Positions 12,715-25,114 of a stretch of 64,000 nt of DNA are shown one piece after another. Location: the NCBI RefSeq assembly GCF_006345805.1, contig NC_043009.1, positions 36,456,001-36,520,000 on the forward strand, written 5' to 3'. This DNA comes from Octopus sinensis. Lineage: Eukaryota. Positions within the stretch are counted from its first letter, which is position 1. Every line of letters starts with the position of its first letter. A program made the translations under genes and the position numbers. The notes under the pieces were generated by a model that worked only from the letters and a program-made list of their open reading frames with translations, did not search any database and was not told the DNA's origin.

Positions 12715-13040
12715 AGACCCCTTCAGTCATGACCGACCATAGGATTGCACCTAAAAAGTTCCCCTCTGAGGTACAAGTCCTGGCAAAGTTGTTTATGGGA
12801 GACCAGTAGTCGCCCATGCATACCGCCTCCCCTCTCTGTGCTACTGATGTTGTCCAAGGCAAAGACAAAAGCCAATACAGCTTGGCACCAGTGGCATCAC
12901 AACTCATTTCTACAGCAAAGTGAACTGGAGCAACGTGAAATAAAGTGTCTTGCTGAAAAACATAACACACAGCCTTGTCCAGGAATCAAACTCACTAGTT
13001 CATAATTGTGAGCCCAATGCTCTAATCACAGAATCATTTG
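12715..13040 (-). mobile_element. tRNA-headed SINE-like element (family D)
   Basis: Reverse complement has a tRNA-like head and ...CAGCAAGACACTTTATTTCACGTTGCTCCAGTTCAC; related to about 50850-51085. Confidence 0.6.
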
Positions 13041-13267
13041 CCTGCACATATATAAGGACCATGACTTTAATTATCTGATTTTGTTTTGTTTTTTGATTTG
13101 TTTTTTTTCTAATTCATCCTTTACATCACAGTCATTAAACTCAAATGAAGCACTATTGGTGATTCAAGAAAAACTAGCAGTTATGAGTAGTATATGCAAA
13201 TTGGAATTAAGGAAGGATAGGAAAATATTAGATTTATAAGCCCTAAAATTCATTCCATAATTGCCCA

Positions 13268-13495
13268 CGCGCATGTAGCATAGTGGTTAAGAGCGTGGAC
13301 TACTAACCCCAAGATTCCGAGTTTGATTCCAGGCAGTGACCTAAATAATAATAATAATAATAATAACTTTGAAAAAATACCTTAGGAATGAGAACCAAGA
13401 CACCTGATAAAGGCTGGAGAGTATATCAGCCGAAACGTTGTGTTAACAACAAACAGGATGAGGACAAATATCCATCAAATGTAAATAATAATAAT
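13268..13495 (+). mobile_element. tRNA-headed SINE-like element carrying a minimal hammerhead motif
   Basis: A-box TAGCATAGTGG (13276-13286), B-box-like GTTTGATTCC (13321-13330), (AAT)n, then GACAC-CTGATAA-A-GGCTG-loop-CAGCC-GAAA-CGT-T/GTGTT (13399-13444) and an AAT tail. Confidence 0.65.
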
Positions 13496-14514
13496 GGTTC
13501 TACTATTTCAGGCAAACTCCTTGAATATGAATGTGTGAAGTCATCCCCAAATATATCCATGGTAAACTTAGTCATATCACATGAGATCACAAAAACCCAG
13601 AGCAACAGGGGAAGTTTCCCTTCTAAGGATGAACAAACCCACAGGATCTGCCACCGTTTAATATAAAATAAATATGTTTTATAAAGCAAATTTATTAGAC
13701 ATCTTTTTGCCATACCCAAAATTTTTTACTCAGGGAATCTAAATATATATAATATTTATGTTTTATGTTTTCTTGCCTTTCAATAGTAACAATGCTCAGA
13801 AATATGAATTTTTGTTCATTTCTTAGACTTTTTGCTAAAGTAATATACTTAAATATTATTCTTGCATGTCTGTGAAATATTTGTCATTATCAATAATATT
13901 TAACACACCTTCCCATATATAATAATTCTGAAAATTGCATTTATTATGTGAGTAATATTACATGTATTTGAGTGATTCAAAGTTTTTAAATCCCAATAAC
14001 TTTCAAAAGTTGATATTATATGAAATTTTACTGAATGTTTAAGTCAAGTCTATATTATAAATAAAAAATAAGCTCTGGACAAACTGATCTGTCTCTAGTG
14101 TTACTATGTAATAATACTCTCTAGTAACACATGCAATGCAGAGTATTGCTTGTAGTACCCCAGTATGCAACTGCTACTTAATTTATCAACCCCGAAAGGA
14201 TGAAAGGCAAAGTCGACCTTGGTTGAATTTGAACTCAGAATGTAAAGACAGACAAAATACCGCTAAGAGTTTCGCCATAACACCAACACTAGTCTTGTCC
14301 AAATGTCTCATGTGCAAAATAAGAGAACGATTAGATTCCTTCAGAAATTTCTGAAAATTTCAAGCACTGTTTACATTTGCAGGCTCAACGTTACTACTGT
14401 CTCAGTATTGTGCTAGCTTCTGAACATGGCACACCATGCTAAAGTTATTCTTGGCCTCCGAAAAGAAATTGTCAGGATGAAGATTTCGAGAATAACTCAC
14501 TCGGCTATTTCACG

Positions 14515-15950
14515 AGACATATCGCCCAGTCAGTCTCACTAGCTGTATTGCAAAACTGATGGAATCGTGTGTCAGAGAAACACTTTGGAACTTCTGGAGC
14601 TCTCACAGTCTCATCCGACCCTCACAATATGGATTTGTCCCTAACTCCAGCTGCAGTGATCAGCTTGTCTAGTTCCTTGAGGACATTACTCAGATCACTG
14701 ACAGTGGCTCATGGGTGGATGTTGTCTACCTTGACTTTGCTAAGGCTTTTAATTCTGTACCACACAAAAGGCTTATGGTGAAACTCTCTGCAATGGGTGT
14801 GAGGGATGATCTTTTTAACTGGTTGAAATCCTTCATTCTCAGCCGAAAGGAGGTAGTCACAGTTCTAGGACAGCATTCTACACCATATGAGATGTCATCG
14901 GGTGTACCACAGGGATCTGTTCTTGGTCCCCTCTTGTTTGTGGCATACATTAATGACATAGATGCCAATTTAAAGAATGCCACAGTATTGAAATATTGAA
15001 ATATGCAGACGACATCAAGCTGTACCTTGAAATCAAGAGGACAGATCCTGATGTCTACAACTCTTTCCTGCAATCAGACCTGGACACAATGCAGCAATGG
15101 ATCACAGACTGGCAACTGAAACTGGCTGTGGACAAGTGTACCACCATGCATTTTGGGAGAAAAAACCCTGCGTCCACATACTCCCTCCACAACACTGATA
15201 TCAAGAAATCCTCTTGCGAGCGCGACCTAGGCATCACTGTCAGCAGCGATTTGCGTTGGACAAAGCATATCTCTAAAATTGTCAAGAAGGCTGAGGGTGT
15301 CTTGGCATCACTCAGCAAGACTTTTGTTAGCCGCTCTCCAGCCATCTATTTAAAGGTGTATACAGCTATGGTACGACCACACTTGGAATTCGCATCATCA
15401 GTTTGGAACCCCTATCTTGCTCAGAACATTGACCTCCTGGAGGACGTGCAACCAAACGCATACCCTCCATCAGACACCTACCATACTCTGAGCACCTTGT
15501 TTCCATGAAGCTCCGGCATCTGGCGATGGACTTGGTAAGCACCCACAAAGTTATCAACCACCTCACCAACAACAACACTGAACACCTTTTTGATCTCCAT
15601 GTGTCCAACACACGTGGACATGCCTACAAAGTCAGAAAACAGCACAGCTCCTATGACTTTCGGAAACATTTTTTCACGCTCAGAGTTGCTGAAGCATGGA
15701 ACAAACTGCCTGCGTCAGTTGTTGACTGCCATGACACTGCATCCTTTAAGGCCCTCATGCTTTCCGAAATCCGCTGAGACTACACCTGATTGTCCCCCTT
15801 CCATACTCATACACATATGTGTATGTCATGACTCATGCACTGTTCTTTTCCTGACGCTTGTACATTACCCTATGTACTATACATACACTTTAGATGAGTT
15901 GTAGTGCACCTGAGCACTGTATACAATGTTTTATTATATTATATTATATT
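14515..15950 (+). mobile_element. CR1-clade LINE, 5'-truncated RT region plus 3'UTR, inactivated
   Basis: YRPVSLTSCIAKLMES, DVVYLDFAKAF, SGVPQGSVLGPLLF and YADDIKLY motifs. An 8-bp tandem duplication TATTGAAA (14986-15001) frameshifts the ORF just before YADD. AT-rich tail at about 15925-15965. Confidence 0.92.
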
Positions 15951-15969
15951 ATGTTTTATTATATTATAA

Positions 15970-17300
15970 GGAGATCTAAGAGTGTAGTTTTCATGTGTTT
16001 TTAAGCTCTAAGAAGAAACTAAAGGTTTTGAACCGAAAAAGGCAACTGGTAGACCACGCAAAACCACCATGTGAGATGATGAAGCCATGAAATGGTACAC
16101 ACTGAAGGATCCTTTTGAAACTGCGGCTGGAATTTCTAATAAAATAAAAGTAAATTGCCTGGAGGACTATGATAAATAGGAGGGGTCTGAGTACTGAACC
16201 CTGGTGGACCCCAACCTCAAGTACTAATAAGTAGGAAGGTAGACAATCCACAAATGTCTTCAGGAAGATGGCCCTGCTCGATCTGTAGAAAAGGTGTAGG
16301 TAGAAACTCTATAAGATGTACCCAGTGTACGATTGCGCTGGTATGGTCATGTGGCGAGAATGGATGAAGATAGGTGTGTGAGAAAGTGCCAATCCTTAGC
16401 AGTTGAGGGAACCCGTGGAAGAGGTAGACCCAGGAAAACCTGGGACGAGGTGGTGAAGCACGACCTTCGAACTCTAGGCCTCACTATTTCTTCTGAAGGA
16501 GTTGGCCCTCTAGTGCAGATGATTAAAGGGACTATTAATGCTAATATCTATTTGAATTTGGTTAAACAGCATGTAATCCCTCGATACGAGTATTTCCGAA
16601 TCAACCATGCATTTTCATGCAAGATAATGCCCCATGTCATGCTACAAAGCGTGTCACCGGATTCTTTAGTGAACAAAATATCCAAGTAATGAAGTGGCCA
16701 GCACAAAGTCCAGACTTAAATCCAATTGAAAACCTTTGGAAGATACTTGGAAACAAAGAAACACAAAGGGCACCAACTATGAAGAATTTATGGGAGATAT
16801 TAGAAGAGGAATGGAAGAAAGTAACACCTGACTTATGCAGGAAACTTGTTATATAGGCGCAGGAGTGGCTGTGTGGTAAGTAGCTTGCTAACCAACCACA
16901 TGGTTCCGGGTTCAGTCCCACTACGTGGCATCTTGAGCAAGTGTCTTCTGCTATAGCCCCGGGCTGACCAATGCCTTGTGAGTGGATTTGGTAGACGGAA
17001 ACTGAAAGAAGCCTGTCGTATATATGTATATATATGTATATGTATGTGTGTGTGTGTGTTTGTGTTTGTCCCGGGATCGATTTGCTCAACTAAATGCGGT
17101 GCTCCAGCATGGCCGCAGTCAAATGACTGAAACAAGTAAAAGAGAGTAAAAGAGAGAATATCCTGTGGCAATCGATGTGCAGAGGTGATCTCCAACAAAG
17201 GTCCACAAACATCATACTAACTGTATTAAGTTTATATTTACATTTCTTTCCATCATTAAAATGGTTTTGAGTTAATTGAAGCATTTTTTGGTTTGATCGT
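15970..17300 (+). mobile_element. Tc1-family (DD34E-type) transposon fossil interrupted by an RTE fragment and a SINE
   Basis: N-terminal GRPRKTT (about 16045-16070); QDNAPCH...WPAQSPDLNPIENLW (16617-16853). Removing the SINE at 16854-17160 rejoins LVI-SCGNRCAEVISNKGPQTSY*. Confidence 0.88.
16151..16485. mobile_element. RTE LINE fragment with internal inversion, inside the Tc1
   Basis: About 16151-16230 reads on - (EVGVHQGSVLRPLLFIIVLQAI). About 16255-16485 reads on + (WPCSICRKGVGRNSIRCTQC...LRWYGHVARMDEDRCV...GRPRKTWDEVVKHDLRTLGLT). Confidence 0.8.
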
Positions 17301-17691
17301 TCTTTAATTTTGTACATGAGACATTTGGACGAAACTAGTATTAGTGTTATTAACTTTTATTAAGACCATTGTACAAACTTAGGTTTTTCAGAGAATTTAG
17401 TTAATTGTTAACCGTATTTATGAAACCAATTGTGAATTTGTACGTTTACTAGCTTTTCTGATTTAAAAAAAAATATTAATCATTCCCTTTTTTTGCTCGC
17501 TACTGTTTATATACACAGCAGGCTTCTTTCAGTTTCTGTCTACCAAATCCACTCACAAGATTCTGGTCAGTCTCAGGCTATAGTAGTAAACACTTGCCTA
17601 AGCTGCCATGTGGTGGGACTGAACCCCTGAACCATGTGGTCAGGAAGTAACTTCTTACTACACAGTCACACCTATGCCTATACACATAATT

Positions 17692-18030
17692 GGAGGCGCA
17701 ATGGCCCAGTGGTTAGGGCAGTGGACTCGCGGTCGTAGGATCGCGGTTTCGATTCCCAGACCGGGCATTGTGAGTGTTTATTGAGTGAAAACACCTGCTG
17801 TACTCTTTCACCACAACTTTCTCTCACTCTTTCTTCCTGTTTCTGCTGTACCTGTATTTCAAAGGGCCAGCCTTGTCACACTCTGTGTCACGCTGAATCT
17901 CCTCGAGAACTACGTTAAGGGTACACGTGTCTGTGGAATGCTCAGCCACTTGCACGTTAATTCCACGAGCAAGCTGTTCCGTTGATCGTATCAGCTGGGA
18001 CCCTCATCGTCATAACCGACGGAGTGCTCT
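17692..18030 (+). mobile_element. tRNA-headed SINE (family A)
   Basis: GGAGGCGCAATGGCCCAGTGGTTAGGGC head; near-identical body to 1086-1450. Confidence 0.85.
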
Positions 18031-18888
18031 CTCTCTATACACATAATGCAAACAACAACCATAAAACTTACATATATTCATAATCCCTTTTGAAAATTGT
18101 TCCAAAACTATCTTAAAAGAGACATCCCTATTGTCTTAAAAAAACTTCCAAATAATAGACCCATTACCCTCACTAAAGCACAGTAAACATAGCATATCAT
18201 TTGAAAGTAGAAATTCTATTACTACTCATCTACAGTATCATGTTGTACCTGATGTCTCTGTACACAGCAATTCATAAAGCATTCATCAATAGTTTATGTG
18301 GACTTCATTAATATTTTATAGAACATTCACTTAAGACACTATGATTCCTGTTGCAGGTAAGTCACTCTTTTATAAATCAATATTTTTATTGCTTTTATTA
18401 ACAATTCATCATCATCATCGTTGTCGTTTGTTGTTTTGTTGTTCCAATTAATCAACCAAAGGGAATCCTTGATGATCTACCCCTAATTTTGACCCTGGTC
18501 ACAAACCTATTTGTACATTGTAATATGTAGGCATTTTAAGGGTAAAGTAAGTGAATTGAAACTGGGTTACTACATTGTCATTTTTCTTTGTGCAAGGAAA
18601 CTAAATTTATACAGTATACACATACTATAAATATACGAAGTGTATATAAATTAAAATCTGTTCTAATTTTTTTCTTTTATCTTTCTTTTATTTTTTCAAC
18701 CATTTGACTGCAGCCATGCTGGAGCACCACCTTTAGTCGAGCAAATCGACCCCAGAACTTATTCTTTGTAAGCCTTGTACTTATTATATCAGTCTCTCTT
18801 GCCAAACCACTAGGTGACAGGGGCGTAAACACACCAGCATCGCTTGTCAAGCAATGTTGGGGGGTAAACACAGACACACAAACCATAC

Positions 18889-18952
<64 letters not shown>

Positions 18953-18969
18953 ACATACACACATATATA

Positions 18970-20230
18970 TCATCATCATCATCATCATCATTTAGCGTCC
19001 GTTTTCCATGCTAGCATGGGTTGGACGGTTCAACTGGGGTCTGGGGAGCCCGAAGGCTGCACCAGGCCAGTCAGATTTGGCAGTGTTTCTACAGCTGGAT
19101 GCCCTTCCTAACGCCAACCACTCCGAGAGTGTAGTGGGTGATTTTATGTGCCACCGACACAGGTGCCAGACGAGGCTGGCAAACGGCCACGCTCGGATGG
19201 TGTTTTTATGTGCCACCGACACAGGTGCCAGACGAGGCTGGCAGACGGCCACGCTCGGATGGTGTTTTTATGTGCCACCGACACAGGTGCCAGATGAGGC
19301 TGGCGGACGGCCACGATCGGATGGTGTTTGTTACGTCCCCAAAGCACGGAGGCCAGTCTATGCGGTACTGGCTACGGCCACGTTCGGATGATTTTCTTGT
19401 GTGCCACCGGCACTGGTACCACAAAGATACAATTTCATTGATGTTCATCTATTTTGATTTGTTTTGATTTGATTGATTTTCACTTGCCTCAACAGGTCTT
19501 CACAAGTGTCACAAGAAGGAAGGTATGCACAGGTGGACTGACTACGTCCCAGGTAGGGGCCACGGGTTATGGCCTGACTAGTCTTGCCGGGTCTTCGGAT
19601 GGTGTTTTTATGTGCCACCGACACAGGTGCCAGATGAGGCTGGCGAACGGCCACGATCGGATGGTGTTTGTTGCGTGCCCACAGCACGGAGGCCAGTTGA
19701 TGCGGTACTGGCTACGGCCACGTTCGGATGGTTTTCTTGTGTACCACAAAGATACAAATTCCATTGATGTTCATCTATTTTGATTTGATTTGATTTGATT
19801 TTCACTTGCCTCAACAGGTCTTCACAGGTCTTCACAAGTGTCACAAGAAGGAAGGAAGGTATGCACAGGTGGACTGACTACGTCCCAAGTAGGGGCCACG
19901 GGTTATGGCCTGACTAGTCTTGCCGGGTCTTCGGTGGTGTTTTTATGTGCCACCGACACATTTGATTTGATTTGATTTTCACTTGCCTCAACAGGTCTAC
20001 ACAAGTGTCACACACTTGCCTCAACAGGTCTTCACAAGTGTCATAAGTAGGAAGGTATGCACAGGTGGACTGACTACGTCGCCGGGTCTTCGGATGGTGT
20101 TTTTATGTGCCACCGACACAGGTGCCAGATGAGGCTGGCGAACGGCCACGATCGGATGGTTTTCTTGTGTGCCACGGTACTGGAACCACAAGATACAAAT
20201 TCCATTGATGTTCATCTATTTTGATTTGGT
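18970..20230 (-). repeat. RTE-type 3'UTR expanded into a hierarchical tandem array
   Basis: Three 62-bp units start at 19143, 19205 and 19267. Higher-order units of about 340 bp start at 19256, 19596 and 19932, with a rearranged partial unit at 20091. (CAT)n tail at about 18970-18990. Confidence 0.85.
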
Positions 20231-20273
20231 TTGATATATATATATATATATATATAATATATATATATATATA

Positions 20274-20328
<55 letters not shown>

Positions 20329-20885
20329 CATATACATATATACATATACATATATACTATACATATATACATATACATATATATAATATATATATATATA
20401 TAATATACATATATATAATATAATATATATATATACACACACACGATGGGCTTCTTTCAGTTTCTGTCTACCAAATCCACTCACAAGGCCCAAGGCTATA
20501 GTAGAAGACACTTGCCCAAGGTGCCATGCAGTGGGACTGAATCCGGAACCATGTGGTTGGTAAGCAAGCTACTTACCACACAGCCACTCCTGTGCTTGTT
20601 CATATATGACTTATTTTCCTCATGTTAAGTTTCAGCAATTCTTACATTTCAATACATATTCGTAGCTTCATATGTGTCTATATAACATATACTATATGAT
20701 ATATTACTAGGAATATAATTAGAGTGTTACTAGTGTTACTTCTTTTCAAATACATTTTTCTGTGAGAAAGTGTCTATATTGTGTCTATATTGTCTTCTAG
20801 AATGTATATTGTTATATTGTTATATTTGCCAGTAAACACATGCGCTGTTTATCTGATGTTTAGCTTTATTATTATTTTTAGTTTA

Positions 20886-20932
20886 TTTGTCAGAGTTCTT
20901 TCATCACACATTCTGTGACCTCTTCAACAACT
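20886..20932 (-). ncRNA. Degenerate minimal hammerhead-like motif (same family as 29600-29644)
   Basis: AGTTG-TTGAAGA-G-GTCAC-AGAATGT-GTGAT-GAAA-G-AA-C-TC/TGAC; carries C3U and C11.1U changes. Confidence 0.45.
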
Positions 20933-20962
20933 TTTTGTCCTTTGTATCTCGTAGGAAAAGTT

Positions 20963-22530
20963 AATATCAAAAGAGCAATTTTCCAGGGGGACTCATTGTC
21001 CCTTTTAATATTTGTCCTATGTTTGATCCCCCTCAGTATTAAGGAATGCAAAGACAGGGTATCTGTTCAGAAATAGTAACGGAAAAATTAACCATTTGCT
21101 CTACATGGATGATTTGAAGCTTTTTAATAAGAATGAAAAAGAGATAGATTCCTTAATACAAACTGTGAGACTCTTCAGCAAAGATATAGGCATGGAATTT
21201 GGCATAGATAAGCATGCAATATTAGTCATGAGAAGGGGACAGGTAGTCAACAGTGAAGGCATCCAATTACCAAGATGGCCAGACATGAAAATCATTGGAT
21301 GGAGGAGAGAGTTATAAGTATCTAGGAGTATTAGGATCTGACAGACTACTAACTACAGAAATAAAAATGAAAGTTGAGAAGAAGTACATCAGAAGGGTGA
21401 GGAAGCTAATGAAGTCAAAGCTAAATGATCTGAATCTAGTGAAGGCTGTAAATACTTGGGTAGTATCATTACTAAGATACTCAGCAGCTTTTGTAGATTG
21501 GCCAAAAATTGAATTAGCAAAACTAGACAGAAGAATCAGGAAGGAATTCAATATGAATGGAGGACTCCACCCAAGGGCAGGAGTAGCAAGATTATACCAA
21601 CCTAGAAAGGAAGGTGGAAGAGGGTTAATATCAGTAGAAGACTGTGTGGAGTAAGCAAGAGTATATATAGACTCCAATGTAGATAATAGTGAAGAAAGCT
21701 TATTAAAAACTGCTAGAGTCACAGCAAGACATAGGGAAACCAAGACACCAAATGAATATAAAAGCAAGAAAAAGAACAGAAATTATCTGACTGACAGAAG
21801 ACGTTGCATGGTAGATTTTAAGCAAACAGTAATAGTGAGACATGGTTATGGCTGCAGAAAGGAAAGCTGAAGAGGGAGATAGAAAGTTCGTCAATAGCTG
21901 CACAAGATCAAGCATTAAGGACTAATTGGATACAAGCCAAAATAGACAAAAAGCAAGTGGATTCCCAATGTAGATTATGCAAATCAAAAGAGGAAAGCAT
22001 TATACATGTAGCAAGTGAATGTAGCATGTTGCCATTGAAAGAACACAAGAAAAGACATGACAATCTAGGGAGAGCAATCCACTGGAGCTTTGTAGAAAAT
22101 AGTATGAACATAAGCCTAGTAAAGTACTAGAAAGTAAGAAATACAAAATGTTGTGGGACTTTAACATTCAGACTGACAGAGTATTAGAAGCTAGAAGACC
22201 TGATTTGGTAGTAGTAAATAAAAAGAATAGAAAGTGCCAGAGAATTGACTTTATGGTCCCAAATGATGAAAAAATTAATATGAGAAGTATAGAAAAAATA
22301 GCAAAGTATCAGGACCTCGCTATTGAATTACAAAGACAATGGAAAGTGAGGGTAAAATGTGTCCCAGTAGTCATAGATGCATTGGGGATAATCCCTAAAG
22401 ATCTGAATAGATGAATAGAGGAAATAGGCAAAAAACACAGTTTAGTATAGCTTCAGAAAGCAGTGTTATTAGGGAAAACTAAGATACATGGGAGGATTCT
22501 TGGCATCTAAGGTTACTTGTTGTAGCCCGA
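20963..22530 (+). mobile_element. R4/Dong-type non-LTR retrotransposon (RT, CCHC knuckle, restriction-like endonuclease), 5'-truncated and degenerate
   Basis: IFQGDSLSPL, LLYMDDLKLF, YKYLG, RKEGGRGL, CRLCKSKEESIIHVASEC and RRPDLVVVNK (PD..D/E) motifs, with frameshifts and stops; (TAA)n tract shortly after the 3' end. Confidence 0.9.
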
Positions 22531-22584
22531 TTCTTTTCTTTTCCAATAGTCTAATCTGTTGAGTGTATATGAATAATAATGATG

Positions 22585-22616
<32 letters not shown>

Positions 22617-22735
22617 CAATACATGTGCATATTGGCAAAAGTTGACCATCCCCATATATAACAACATAGCAAGATATATATATATATGTGTGTATATATA
22701 TATATACACACATATATATATAGTTGGCATCAGAA

Positions 22736-22775
<40 letters not shown>

Positions 22776-22838
22776 TTCTGACGCCAACTATATTGCAATA
22801 TATTATTCTACTGTATGACCCTGATTGTCTTCTATCCA

Positions 22839-22881
22839 ACAGCAACTGATGTGGTGAATAGTCACCAAAACGTCTAAATGT
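22839..22881 (+). ncRNA. Degenerate minimal hammerhead-like motif
   Basis: CTGATGT-GGTGA-ATAG-TCACC-AAAA-CGT-C. Perfect 5-bp helix II and ACGT palindrome; A9U and G12A changes; weak helix I. Confidence 0.4.
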
Positions 22882-23192
22882 CCCATATGATAACATCGGG
22901 TAAACATTTCATATTTTCTGAATGTGGCGTATACAAACTAGTAAAAGTACTGAGATTTACTAAGATTTACTAACTAAATCAAGAAGTAAAACTTCCTATA
23001 ACAAAATATGGATTAGGAAACATTGCTAAGTAGTTTTTCAGCATAACACACCCAAATATGCTGAATATCTCGTTAATTAATATTAAAAAAAGATTCACAC
23101 AGCTTGGAACAGCCTGCCTTATGATTGACTGTTATGTCATGACAGATCATCAACACTGCATTTGCAATGAAGTGGTACAATATATGTATATA

Positions 23193-23550
23193 TCTCTATA
23201 TATAAACGGCAAAACATCTGCGTGTGTGTCCTTTATACAAATCCACAATTTTTCAGTTAGAAGGCTCGCACTTTCTATGGTCATTCAAAACCATCCAAGG
23301 GTGGTCGTGCACATCTTTACATTTCCCCAGTCACCCTGCAAAGCCATTCAAAAATCAATAGAAGTGACTTTTTTGTGAATTTTCTATCCAAAACCTAATC
23401 AAAATGCCCAAAACTTAATATGCCAATTGAATGCCAGCTAGCTGTATGTGATTGGTCAGAGATTTGGACAGTACTCGTGTGTATGTGCGCACGCAGCTGT
23501 AAATGCATGCACTAGCATTATGACCCGGCGTTGCCAGATCATAGTGCTAG
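23193..23550 (+). mobile_element. Non-autonomous Helitron
   Basis: Inserted between A and T; 5' TC; 3' hairpin ACTAGCATTATGA/TCATAGTGCTAGT ending in CTAG. Confidence 0.8.
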
Positions 23551-23942
23551 TATATTATAAATATATTCCTACATATACATACTAGTGGATGGTTTTAACA
23601 CCATTTTACATATAGTCACGGACAAGTTGTTCAATTTAACTCTGGTTCAATTCAGGCATGTAATGTTGATGAGCCACAAAAATGGTGAAACATCGATGTC
23701 CATCGCTCCTGAATAGGACTTGGGGATGAGTTGTTTTGCGTGTCTATGACTATGACATTCAGGTGTCGTAACACCTGGCGCTTTGAGAGAGTCATCTCCA
23801 CCATGTCAAATTGCAGCCGACAAGCGAAGCAGCAAAGCACATACATTGTGTATGTGTGTTCAATAATGTTTACAACACTCACAGTTTCTAATTCATATTC
23901 GAATATATATACACCACACACATACACACAGACACATATATA

Positions 23943-25114
23943 CAGGGTGAGATGGATAAATTGTTGCTATTTTATATTTTTAATTTTGCACATGAACATT
24001 GTTTGTTTTTGATTTTGTTGACTACACAGTATAGTAGGGTCTGTATGAAAAACAGCATCATGATGCAATTCATTCTGTACTGCTTGGCATTCATGCCGGA
24101 AGCTCCAATATGAATGCTTCAGAGTGTTTGTGTGTCAGTCTGAAGGCATGTTCCAAGAGTGATGAAAATCAAACATCCAGTCAACATCATAGTGTTTGGA
24201 GTGATCACCTAGTGATGGTGAGGTTATATCTCCATTCATTTTCCTACATGGTCTCAGACTCAACACAGAGGCTTATATCAAGTGCCTGGAGGAGGTAATG
24301 TTACCTATTTCTTTACTACCCACAAGGGGCTAAACACAGAGGAAACAAACAAGGATAGACAGACAGATTAAGTTGATTACATCGAACCTCAGTGCGTAAC
24401 TGGTATTTAATTTATCAACCCCAAAAGGATGAAAGGCAAAGTCGACCTCGGCGGAATTTGAACTCAGAACATAGCGGCAGACGAAATACCTATTTCTTTA
24501 CTACCCACAAGGGACTAAACACAGAGGAGACAAACAAGGACAGACAGACAGATTAAGTTGATTACATCGAACCTCAGTGCGTAACTGGTATTTAATTTAT
24601 TGACCCCAAAAGGATGAAAGGCAAAGTCGAACTCAGCTTAATTTGAACTCAGAACATAACGGCAGACGAAATACGGCTATGCATTTCGCCCGGTGTGCTA
24701 ACATTTCTGCCAGCTCGCCGTGTTACCCTGGGTCAAGAGGATGGCTGCTGGAAGACCCTATGTCTGGCAACAGGATTCTGCACCGACCACATCACTCCTA
24801 ACATCTGACCGCTTAACACTCCCAACTGCAATCCCTTTGTTTATTATGCATGGGGTGAAGTTGAGCGAGAGACCACCAAAGATGAAGTGAAGGCAAGGAT
24901 TATGGCAGCATTCACCAACTTAAACAAAGAGATCATCCAGAAGAGTTGAAGGAGATTTTGAAGTTATCTGGAGGTCATGGTTATTGAATAAATTTACTCT
25001 TTAGTATTTCAAGATTTTTGTATGTAATTTTGGTAAATATATCTGTTGAAATGAGATGTCATTGTTATTTTCATTTCTGCATAATTTAGACGACAGTTTA
25101 TTCACCACACCCTG
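23943..25114 (+). mobile_element. maT/DD37D-like Tc1-mariner element fossil with TIRs and TA TSD
   Basis: TA-CAGGGTG... and ...CACCCTG-TA termini; remnants KHPVNIIVFGVI, GLRLNTEAYIKCLEEV and GRPYVWQQDSAP. Interrupted by a SINE dimer at 24306-24720 with TSD TGTTACC. Confidence 0.85.

Noticed and set aside
13426-13719. Minus-strand 97-aa ORF with a hydrophobic stretch
   Set aside because: No usable splice acceptor or recognisable homolog; its 3' part overlaps the SINE-hammerhead element.
17310-17345. GGAC-GAAA-CTAG-TA hammerhead-like 3' half
   Set aside because: The upstream core (TACATGA) and helix II are broken, and it overlaps the probable Tc1 end.
19143-19330. 62-bp tandem units superficially like a CRISPR array
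   Set aside because: No unique spacers, eukaryotic context, and the units derive from an RTE 3'UTR.
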